Under the pieces are notes generated by a model. The model saw nothing but the letters and a program-made list of their open reading frames with translations, made no database searches and was not told the DNA's origin. From the human T2T-CHM13v2.0 reference genome, Homo sapiens, in assembly GCF_009914755.1 (NCBI RefSeq), contig NC_060926.1: a stretch of 64,000 nucleotides of DNA. The stretch is one strand, 5' to 3'. The translations under genes and the position numbers were made by a program. Shown here piece by piece: positions 13,685-26,500 of the stretch. Numbering within the stretch: the stretch's first letter is position 1; each line of letters begins with the position of its first letter.

Positions 13685-14830
13685 TCCAACCCTTTTATTT
13701 ATTTATTTTTGATGTAGAAAAATTACTTTTTGAAGAACCAGTGGCTGCAATATTTCCAAGTTTGGTGCAAATCCACAGAACACGAGACCGTAATGCAACA
13801 CAAAACAACACAAGAGAGCAATTGAATAGTCTCCATGAGCTTCTTCAACCATTTGCACAACTTCCTACTTTATAATGCCTTGGCTCTGAATCTTTACTCT
13901 CTTCTGATTTTTCATCCATTAAATTATGCCTGAATTATTGCTTTCTGACTGTTGATTTATTTGGATCCTGGCGCCTTGGCTTTTAATTTTGCCAATCAGT
14001 CTGCCTAAATCAGCTTCTTTCACTGCAGCAATCTAACCTGGGATCCAGGCTAGGTTTTCTGGATCCCAGGTTCCTGCTTGTCTTACCAGAGGAAATGGTC
14101 ACAATCTGACCCCTACACATTTTAAATCTTTTGCTTGTCTTGAGTTAATGGCTAAAGCTCAAAAAATGAAGAAATAATATTCAACGTTTGAATGTTCCCT
14201 TCTTTAGATAAAGCTGGATCAGGAGGTTTAGGCTGTATTTCTTGTCTTACTGAAGTGAAACACAGTGAGGTGAACCACTTTTCAGAGCTTATTTAGGCCT
14301 CCTGAAAGTGATAAGCAATGCATGTGATGAAAAGGTAAGCGTCAATGCTGGAGGCTTTAATCTTCATCATGATTAAATGACAAAGTACGTAAAATTTCCT
14401 GACTTGAATCTCCCAGTAAATATTCATTTTAAGGGGGAGATAGCTTTCTAATTTCTGTAGGTATTATAGAAGTTTTTTTTCTAGCTTCCAAATCCTTGTT
14501 TACTTATCCTGTCTCACCTGCCCCAGCCCAGTCCTAAAATTAAGGGCAAAGGGCAGAGATTCATGTCCCCATTCAAGTGGGAACCTAGTGGCCCCCAAAC
14601 TCATCTAATTATTGGAAGCCTTCTCTGGAAACAGTGGTGAGAAAGGGAACTCTTATCACATCCACTTCTAATTTCAAAGATGCTACCTAAAAATCAGTCA
14701 GAAACCTAGTGAGAGTGTAATTTGGTCTAGAATGATTGTGATGAGCTAAAAACTCAGCTCACATCAGGTCTTGCTACCTAGGCTAAAACCAACAAAAGCA
14801 GCTTCATGTAGTTAGTAGGTACATGAATGC
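13685..14830 (+). mobile_element. Highly decayed Ty3/Gypsy (chromovirus-like) pol remnant: PR-RT linker, reverse transcriptase, connection/RNase H start
   Basis: Collinear translated motifs: FEEPVAAIFP..HRTRD (about 13730-13790); ALN-x7-HPL (13883-13921); FLTVDLFGSW; DKVRKI (14379); SFL/FCRYYRSFFSSF (14442-14488); PFKWEP (14569); DELKTQLTSG (14740). Confidence 0.55.
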
Positions 14831-14902
14831 TCATGATTACAGACCTAAAATTTCGGAGCATCTGAGGGCAAGCCTTTTTTTAAAAAAAAAAAAAAATCTA
14901 AT

Positions 14903-15095
14903 ATTTAACTGATCATTTACTATTTGCCAGATACTGTTTTGAACCCTTTTCTATGGAATCATGTTTAATCCTTACAACTGAGTATGAGATTCAGGCTTAG
15001 ATATGTTACATAACCGAAGTTCACTTAGATAGTACCTGGTGGAACTAGTATTTGACCCAAGGGTTGTCTGACTTTAGAGACCAGTGTCTTAACCA
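14903..15095 (-). mobile_element. MIR (MIRb-like)
   Basis: catttactatttgccagatactgtt...tttaatccttacaac...ggtggaactagtatttgacccaagg...gtctgactttagag...tcttaaccac. Confidence 0.75.
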
Positions 15096-15149
15096 CATGT
15101 GATTTTGTGCAGCAGGAAGAGCTAAAGAGTCTTCCTCTAAGATGACACG

Positions 15150-16217
15150 TAAAAGAAGAGCCCACTTGGAAAAGCTTGCGTCAAAATATTTCAGTTGTCT
15201 GTTACAACATTTTCAAAACCTTGAAGGCCACCTGAAACAATTTATGATGCTTCCAACCCTTCCGATTCACCATCATCTATGTCAGTTGATCTTTGGTCAT
15301 AATGTCAGGTAACTTGAGAGCCTGCTGCCCATCCTTCTATCCTTTAAATATTCCTGGAATATTATTCATCTAGATCTAATCTCCAAGCTACCCTGCTCAA
15401 ATATTGACAAGACTGTCCTGGTGATGGTTGGCATCCCATTAATATAGCACATATTAATTTTCTGTGCTGACCAACCAAATCCTATCATTGTGTTTATCAT
15501 TAAGGCCTTCTATTACCCCAAGCTTTCAAGACTTCAAATATCTGAGTTCAGCCTCCCGTTATTATCCTGGTTTTGAGATTCTGAGCCCAGTATCAGTGAT
15601 CGGTAACTGGAAGTGTACCAACTATGCCCTTGGGGTTGAGAGGGCCTTGCATAACAGCAGCGTGGGGTTCCTATAGTAAACTTCACTTGTTATTTTTCAC
15701 AACACCTCCATCCAGAAAAGTCACTTTTGCAGTCATTAAAGCTTGTATTCTTGATATCCCTGACTTGATACTTCATTAACCTGTTAGTATATGGAGAACT
15801 ATTGCCTAATCAGAAGTTAGTTCCAATATGAAAAAAATAGTATAGAAGAATAGGCTAATGGGAAAAAAAATGACTCAAGTCCATGGTTTGTCAGGTGGGA
15901 TGCTGTGAAGTCAAGCAGAGGTTTTCTCTAGTTTTGATTTAGGCAGAAATACTGTCCACCCACATAGAAAACGGGAGGTTTCTTGGTCTCCATTGTGTAT
16001 TCTCCCCTTGGTAAGGTATCACAAACACTTGGCACATTTTGTTATGGCTTACTCTTTTATCTGGGAGAGTGATAGCTGATTAATCATACTGCTCTATTAC
16101 CTTGCACTTGCTGTAACCTCACATTCTTTGTCACAATCTAAGCATCTTCCAGCATTATAGAGAATGTCACGTAAGATGAAAACTCCTTGCCATTCCTTCC
16201 TATTTCAGATTGATGAT
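15150..16217 (+). mobile_element. Decayed Ty3/Gypsy integrase (HHCC remnant, DDE core, GPY/F module)
   Basis: Frame +1 from 15316: SLLPILLSFKYSWNIIHLDLISKLPCSNIDKTVLVMVG...FIIKAFYYPKLSRLQISEFSLPLLSWF*...SDR*LE/CTNYALG...*QQ..PIVNFTCYFSQH...KS; then RFLG (15976) and INHTA/YYLAL (16079). Confidence 0.72.
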
Positions 16218-16573
16218 TGATATGGTTTGGCTCTGTTTCCCCACCCAAATCTCGTAGTTCCCCAAATTCCCACACGTTGTGGGAGGGAACTGGTGGGAGA
16301 TGATTGAATTATGGGGGCAGGTCTTTCCCGTGCTGCTCTTATGACAGTGAATGGATCTCACAAGATCTGATGGTTTTAAAAATGGGAGTTGCCGTGCACA
16401 AGCTCTCTTTGCCTGCCACCATCCATGTAAGACGTGACTTGGTCCTCCTTCCCTTTTGCCATGATTGTGAGGCCTCCCCAGCCACATGGAACTGTGAGTC
16501 CAATTAAACCTCTTTCTTTTGTAAATTGCCTAGTCTCGGGTATGTCTTTATCAGCAGCATGAACACAATGACA
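16218..16573 (+). mobile_element. THE1 (THE1A/B-like) MaLR solo LTR
   Basis: tgatatggtttggctctg...ccccacccaaatctc...ccatgattgtgaggcctccccagcc...gtctcgggtatgtctttatcagcagc. Confidence 0.92.
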
Positions 16574-16604
16574 TAGATTTGGCTATTTGCCTAGCTCTTT
16601 ATTT

Positions 16605-16683
16605 CACTTTTGTTATCTCTTGGACTGACTCTGTTTTATATGCTGCAACTCAGTCTTGTTTCCCTTCCAGACTCCTGATATAG
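16605..16683 (+). mobile_element. Putative chromodomain remnant of the Gypsy integrase
   Basis: FCYLLD*LCF, +1 frameshift, YAATQSCFPSR; aligns with the recalled chromoviral [21 protein letters not shown]. Confidence 0.45.
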
Positions 16684-18287
16684 TCTTCTTCAAGTGGATC
16701 TTGGTGACCATGTAACTCTCTCTCAATTACTTGGACTTGTAATGAGAGACCTGGTAATCCCACAAATGTCTCCCAGAACAAATAGATTTGATGGTAAAAA
16801 AAAAAAAAAAAAAATCATTGTCATGATCTCATTCTGTGAATGAAACTACTGATAAAATGAAAGAGAAAAGGTACTAGTTCATAAATTTTGAATTAAATGA
16901 ATGTAAGAGTGAACATCAAAGCTAATCAAGAGACAAAAAGATTGAGGCCAGAGTACAGAATAAGATAATGAAGGCCATTACTAATGTGCCTTCTTTTCTT
17001 CCTTTTATTACTAAGTAATTATTTTACAGTATAATTAATCTCTTACCAAAAATAATCTCCCATTAGACATTTAAACTTTTCCCCAAGTAGTTCTAGTCTC
17101 TCTCCATCTCACTGGAAGAAATAGTAACAGAGTGAATGTAAAGGGAAAGGTTATAAAAGGATTTCAATTTCCTTTATTAAATGACTCTAATTATTTTCAC
17201 TAAGCTTCCCTTAAATGAACATACTCAGACATTCTCTCCAAATCTTCTCACTACTCAAGTAGCTCTTCAAATGTCAATCTTGCCTAAATATTACTTTGCA
17301 ATTTTTTCTTGTTTTCAGAGATATAAATACAAAGAAAAGGAAGTCTTCCATTGAATCTTTCAACATTTTTTATTATAATTAAAAAAAATTCGTCTCATTG
17401 CTGTTCATGTCTTAGCTGTTTGGAATAAAAGGTCAAAGAAAAAAACACTTTTTTTGTGATCTGTCAGAAGTTCATATTTTTTATTTTCTTGCTGGCAGAT
17501 TCTTTCAGTTTCAGTAAGGATAATTTTGAGGGCTTATATGTAATTATTCATTGAAACATATTTTTCAAAATTAGTCTCAGAATCAGATGAAACTGATTAG
17601 ATCTTAGAGTTCAGACATGAAAATTTGCCTCAAGGAAACACTAAAAAATGTATGTCACTTCCAAATAGTATGACTAATAGTTACATAAACAGACATATTA
17701 TTTACCAAGGAGAAAGTTAGTCTAAAATATTTTTCACGAAATGATTTTGGAATTAGTATGTGTAGGTTATGACAGACTTGAGACTTTCCTGTTTCATTCT
17801 ATCATTTTGTTCATAATCTATTAACAAAGAATAATTTGATTTAGATCAATCTCAGAACACTAAAAGTATCAGATGATGACTATTCCTTAATCACCTGATT
17901 AAATTGTTAAGGAAACCTGCTGTCTCTTTACTCACAAAAGAAACACATCATTCTTATTAAGAAGCAAGGGAAGACAGAAGATTCAGAAACAAATTACATT
18001 TTCTTGTGGTAATAACAATTTTTGGGGGGGTTGAAATTGCATTGTATAAATTTACCTCTTGTATTTTCACACTGATGAACAGTTACCCATTCCTTAGTTA
18101 CCCGTAGAGATCTACTTGAGCTTATACACAAGAACCTTTGTTCTTTGAATTACTTATATTTTTATGTGGAAAGGCAGGTAGTTGTGAAAGAAGTAAAAAA
18201 AAATGTGATGGTTTTTCCTAACCTAATCTTATGCCCTTTTTATGTTTCCTCTGCCTGTTAGGATTATAATAAAGTTAAAATGTAACA

Positions 18288-18875
18288 AGTTAAGCAACCA
18301 AGGTGTTTTTTGGTAGATGAATGGGTAAACTGTGATACGTTCAGGCAAAAGAATATTATTCATTATTAAAGATTAATAAGCTTTCAAGCCATGAAAAGAC
18401 ATGGAGAAAACTTTAATGCATATTACTAAGTAAAAGAAACCATTCTGAAAAGGCTAAATACTGTGGTATTTCATATGTAACATTCTGAAAAAAGCAAAAC
18501 TATAGAGACAGTAAAAAGACCGGTAGTTGCCAGAGTATGGGGGAAGAAGGGATGAATAGGCAGAGCACAGGGACTTTTAGGACAGTGAAATTATTCTGCA
18601 TGATACTATAATGGTGGATACCTGTCATTATACTTTTGGCAAAACACATAGGAAGTACAACACCAAGACTGAAACTTGATGTAAACTATGGACTTTGGTT
18701 GATAATTATGTGTCAACGTAGGTCCACTGATTATAACAAATGTACTATTCTGGTGAGGGAATGTTGATAGTGGGGGAAACTGGGCATGTGTGTAGTCAGA
18801 GCATATATAAAAATCTCTAAGTAGTTACTGTTCAACTTTGCTAAGAACCTAAAAATTACTCTAAAAAATGAAATC
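18288..18875 (+). mobile_element. L1MC1/2-type 3' end
   Basis: caagccatgaaaagacatggag...tgaaattattctgcatgatactataatggtggatacctgtc...tgtaaactatggactttgg. Confidence 0.8.
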
Positions 18876-19664
18876 TCCAAAAGGAAAAAAAATTCAACCA
18901 GTTTGTATTGTTATACCTAAGAAGAGTAGTCATATTTACGGTGATGATTTTTTAAGGGACAATTATCTGAACCTGTGGCTTATCAAAGATTTATTTTCTC
19001 ATTTATGATCTCATTTATGGACAAAGAACAAACATTCTTACGTTATTCCTTAATAAGTTATTTGTAAATCAGTATTTTATAAAATAATTATATGTAAAAA
19101 TCACTTGACACAAAATTCATATTACTTTATAATTCATATACTATCAATATTAGTATATTATCTTACTATTATCTGAAGAATTCAACTTACCCAGAATTAT
19201 TTATGCTTATTTTCTTTTAACTTACATTTGCATTTCAGTTGGGTTAGCTAGAGAGACTATATGATATAATGGACATTGCTTTTTCTGGTTCATCCAAACT
19301 GTTTCAGCTGGTTAAATATAGGCTTCTAATTTCCATGTTTGTACTTGGTAATGAAAGCAAAATTTGTATATTCTTTCATGATTAGGAATACCAGAGTTAT
19401 AGTAAATGCAATAATCAAGTACTTTCTTTTATCTTTGATATATAGGTGCATTATTTGACTTAACTGGTAACCAAGGGTTCATTAAGTTATCATGAAGTAC
19501 ATTATGAATATTTTCATGTGACAGTGTAGAAATCCACTTTAGAAAAGATGTGATGTCTTACTCATATCATTCCATTAAGAATTTTTCCTTCTCACTCTCA
19601 CTCTCCAAATCCATTCAGGATGGGACAATTAATAAACAATCAAGTTTTGCCTCCTAAAGATGAA

Positions 19665-19912
19665 CGTGTCCTGATGTATATTCCCTGGACCTCAGATATT
19701 AATAAATATTATGTGGGAACATTTTGTCATCATATGTCTGGGAAATCCTGAGTTAAGCAGGGTTTTTAAGATTTTTCAGACTCTATAAGTTGTTAATGTA
19801 AAAAAAATGTTCTAATCTAGGGAAGTAGAGTGTTTTTTACCTTGGGGATATATTTTTTAAAGGAGTATCCCGCAAGGTGAGCATGCCATGGAATGAACTT
19901 TGGAAAATATTG
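19665..19912. mobile_element. MER103C-like hAT-Charlie
   Basis: tgggaaatcctgagttaagcagg...ccatggaatgaactttggaaaatattg. Confidence 0.5.
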
Positions 19913-20436
19913 ATCTGGAATATTCAGGGGATTAATGCAGATGTCACTTAACTGTTGCACCATTTGTAAATTATAATGAATTATCCTGGACAATTTTCTT
20001 CTTCAGTTCTGAGTGGTAAAATCTCAAAAATATTTTCTTCTTCTGAATTCTCATACAAGTGGAAAGGTTCCTAAACCACTGTTACTAAATTTATTCTGCA
20101 CCTGTCACCTAAAGCATGAATTATAATAGAAACTTGACCCATGAAGCATAACATACATTATATTTTAATGTTCTCAAAATTTTTCATAAAAATTGACATT
20201 CTCAAATGACCAGAAAACTCCCAGAGGGTTTATCATAAGGTGTAATGATATAATAGTATATAATATGTAATAATGGATAATGCATATAATATCTGTAATA
20301 CATAATAATAACAATGTATAAGAATACATTATTAGTATTCTACATTATTAGCATTCTCAAGAAGAGGCTATCAGTTTCAGAAATGTCAAATTTATCAGAA
20401 TTGGTTTACCTTGCTCTTTTAAAAAAGAGATATTTT

Positions 20437-20798
<362 letters not shown>

Positions 20799-22192
20799 TT
20801 AACTGGAATAATTGTAGATGTATTATTAATATTATTATGGGAAATTAATATTTCCCATGATAAACTTGGGAAAAGGATTCTGAAGTTAAACTATTAAAAT
20901 ATACCCAGAAGTGATGTGATTAGCTATAGGTAAAAGGGAAATAAGAAAATTTAAATGAGCAACTGACATGTCTATTAACTACAGATACCTTTTATTATCA
21001 TCAAAACCAAGGAGAATCTCAAACTGTAATCTCTGGTAAGACAAGTTGACATATGATTTAAATTTATTAGGTGGAAGATAGGGATCTGGCAAGATGACTG
21101 AATAGGAACAGCTCTGGTCTGCAGCCTCCAGCCAGACCAAAGCAGAAGGCTTTGGTTTTGGGGGATTCCCTCGTGTGCCTACACCACCAGGGCCCTGGGT
21201 TTTAAGCACAAAACTAGCTGTTTGGGCAGACACTGAGTTAGCTGCAGGAGTTTTTTTTTTCATATCCCAGTGGTGCCTGGAACCTCAGCGAGACAGAACT
21301 ATTCACTGCCCTGGAAAGGGGGCTGAAGCCAGGGAGCCAAGTGGTCTCGCTCAGTGGGTCCCACTCCCACGGGACCCAGCAAGCTAAGAACCACTGGCTT
21401 GAAATTCTCGCAGCCAGCACAGCAGTCTCAAGTCAACCTGGGATGATTTAGCTTGGTAGGCAGAGGAGCCTCTGCCATTACTGAGGCTTGAGTAGGCGGT
21501 TTTCCCCTGACAGTGCTAAGGAGGCCGGGAGGTTTGGACTGGGTGGAATTCACCACAGTGCAGCAAAGCAGCTGTGGCCAGACTGCCTCTCTAGATTCCT
21601 CCTCACTGGGCAGGACATCTCTGAAAAAAAGGCAGCAGCCCCAGTCATGGGCTTATGGATGAAACTCCCATATCCCTGGAACAGAGCACCTGGGAGAAGG
21701 GGCAGCTGTGGGTGCAGCTTCAGCGGACTTAAAAGTTCCTGCCTGCCGGCTCTGAAGACAGTAGCTGATCCTGACAAGGAGGATTCTCCCTAGCAAGTTC
21801 TGCTAAGGGACAGACTGCCTCCTCAAGTGGGTCCCTGACCACCCGGGCTTCCTGACTGGGAAAGACCTCCCAATAGGGGTCGACAAACACCCCATTCAGG
21901 AGAGCTCCAGCTGGCATCAGGCCAGTGCCCTTCTGGGTTGAATCTTCCAGAGGAAGGAGCAGGCAGTAATCTTTGCTGTTCTGCAGCCTCCACTTGTGAT
22001 ACCCAGGTGAACAAGGTCTGGAGTGGACTTCCAGCAAACTGCAGCAGACCTGCAGAAAAAGGGCCTGAGTGTTAGAAGAAAAACTGACAAACAGAAATCA
22101 ACAACATCAACATCAACAAGAAGGACCTGCACACAAAAAACCCATACAAAGATCATCAGCCTCAAAGATCAAAGGTAGATAAATCCACGAAG

Positions 22193-23529
<1,337 letters not shown>

Positions 23530-23589
23530 AGACCAATGACACTATGAAGAAACTGCTCCAACTAATGTGTAAAATGACTAGCTAGCATT

Positions 23590-26500
23590 ATGATTACAGG
23601 ATCAAATTCACACATAACAATATTAACCTTAAATGTAAATGGGCTAAGCACCACAGTTGAAAGACACAGACTGGTGAATTGGATAAAGATTCAAGACCCA
23701 CTCGTGTGCTGAATTCAGGAGACTCATCTCATGTGCAGACTCACATAGACTTAAAACAAAGGGATGGACAAATATTCACCAAGCAAACAGAAAGAAAAAA
23801 AAAAGCAGGGGTTTGCAATCCTAGTCTCCGATAAAGCCAACTTTTAAACCAACAAAGATCAAAAATTTCAAAGAAGGGCATTACATAATGGTAAAGGGAT
23901 CAGTGCAACAAGAAGAGCAAACGATCCTAATTATATATGCACCCAATACCCAGATTCATGAAACAAGTTCTTAGAGAACTAAAAAGAGACTTAGACTCCC
24001 ACACAATAATAACGGGAGACTTTAACACCCAACTGTCAATGTTAGACAGATCAATGAGGCAGAAAATTAACAAGGATATGCAGGACTTGAATTTATCTCT
24101 GGACCAAGCAGACCTAATAGATATCTGTAGAACTCTCCACCCAAAATCAACAGAATTCACATTCTTCTCAGTACCACATAGCACTTATTCTAAAATCAAC
24201 CACATAATTGGAAGTAAAACATTCCTCAGCAAATGCAAAGAACGGAAATCATAACAAACAGTCTCTCAGACAACAGTGCAATCAAATTAGAACTCAGGAT
24301 TAAGAAACTCACTCAAAATTGCACAACTACATGGAAATCAAACAACCTGCTCCTGAATGACTACTGGGAAGATAATGAAATTAAGGCAGAAATAAAGAAG
24401 ATCTTTGAAACCAGTGAGAACAAAGATACAACATACCAGAATCTCTGGGACACAGCTAAAGCAGTGTTAAGGGGTAAACTTACAGCACTAAATGCCAACA
24501 TCAGAAAGCTGAAAAGATATGAAATTGACACCCAAACATCACAATTAAAAGAACTAGAGAAGCAAGGGCAAGCGAATTCAAAATCTAGCAGAAGACAAGA
24601 AATAACTATGATAAGAGAAGAACTGAAAGAGATAGAGACACAAAAAAACCTTCAAAAAATCAATGAATCAAGGAGCTTGTTTTTTTTAAAAGATTAACAA
24701 AATAGATAGACCACTAGCTAGACTAATAAAGAAGAAAACGTAGAAGAATCAAACAGACACAATAAAAATGGTAAAGGGGATATCACTGCTGATCCCACAG
24801 GAATACAAACTACCATCAGAGAATATTACAAACAATCCTACATAAATTAACTGAAAACCTAGAAGAAATGAATAAATTCCTGGGCACATACACCCTCCCA
24901 AGACTAAACCAGGAAGTTGAGTCCCTGAATAGAGCAATAACAAGTTCTGAAATTGATGCAGTAATTAATAGCCTACCAACCAAAAAAGCCCAGGACCAGA
25001 CAGATTCACAGCCGAATTCTACCAGAGGTACAAAGAGGAGCTGGTAACATTCCTTCTGAAACAATTCCAAGCAATAGAAAAAGAAGGACTCCTCCCTAAC
25101 TCATTTTATGAGGCCAGCATCATCCTGATACCAAAACCTCACAGAGACACAACAAAAAAAATAAAATTTCAGGTCAATATCCCTTATGTACATCGATCTA
25201 AAAATCCAAAATAAATTACTGGTAGAACAAATCCAGCAGCACATCAAAAAGTTTATCCACCATGATCAAGTTGACTTCATCAGTGGGATGCAAGGCTGGT
25301 TCAACATACACAAATTAATAAACATAATCCATCACATAAACAGAACCAATGACAAAATCACATGATTATCTCAATAGGAGGAGAAAAGTCCTTCAATAAA
25401 ACTCAAGATCCCTTCATGCTAAAAATTCTCAATAAACTAGGTATTGATGGAACAAATCTCAAAATAATAAGAGCTATTTATGACAAACCCACAGCCAATA
25501 TCATACTGAATGGGCAAAAACTGGAAGCATTCCCTTTGAAAACCGGCACAAGACAAGGATGCCCTCTCTCACCACTCCTATTCAACACAGCATTGGAAGT
25601 TCTGGCCAGGGCAATGAGGCAAGAGAAAGAAATAAAGCGTATTCAATTAGGAAGAGAGGAAGTCAAATTGTCTCTGTTTACAGATGACGTGATTGTATAT
25701 TTAGAAAACCCCATTGTCTCAACCCCCAAAATCCTTAAGCTGATAAGCAACTTCAGCAAAGTCTCAGGATATGAAATCAATGTGCAAAAATCACAAGCAT
25801 TGCTATACATGAATAATAGACAAGCAGAGAGCCAAATCATGAGCGAACTTCCATTCAAAATTGCTACATTAAAATACCTAGGAATACAACTTACAAGAGT
25901 TGTGTATGATCTCTTGAAGGAGAACTACAAACCAGTGCTCAAGGAAATAAAAGAGGACACAAACAAATGGAAAAAAAAATCCATGATCATGGATTGGAAG
26001 AATCAATATCATGGAAATGGCCATACTGCCCAAGGTAATTTATAGATTCAATGCTATTCCCATCAAGCTACCATTGACTTTCCTTGCAGAATTAGAAACA
26101 CTACTTTAAATTTCATATGGAGAAAAAGGAGCCCGTAGAGTCAAGACAATCCTAAGCAGAAAGAACAAAGCTGGAGGCATCACACTACCTGACCTCAAAC
26201 TATACTACAAGACTACAGTAAACAAAACAGCATGGTACTTGTACCAAAAGAGATATATAGACCAAGGAAACAACAGAAGCCCCAGAAATAACACCGCACA
26301 TCTGCAACCATTTGATCTTTGACAAACCTGACAAAAAACACACACACACACACACACACAATGGGGAAAGGATTCCCTATTTAATAAATGGTGCTGGCAA
26401 AACTGGCTAGTCATATGCAGAAAACAGAAACTGGACTCCTTCCTTACACCTAAAAAATTAACTCAAGATGGATTAAATAGTTAAATGTAAAACCTAAAAC

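Noticed and set aside
14200-14340. Strong splice donor AAG|GTAAGC at 14334/14335 (similar isolated donors at 8870 on + and about 53636 on -)
   Set aside because: Isolated splice-like sites are common, and there is no coherent exon chain or frame; RNA data would be needed.
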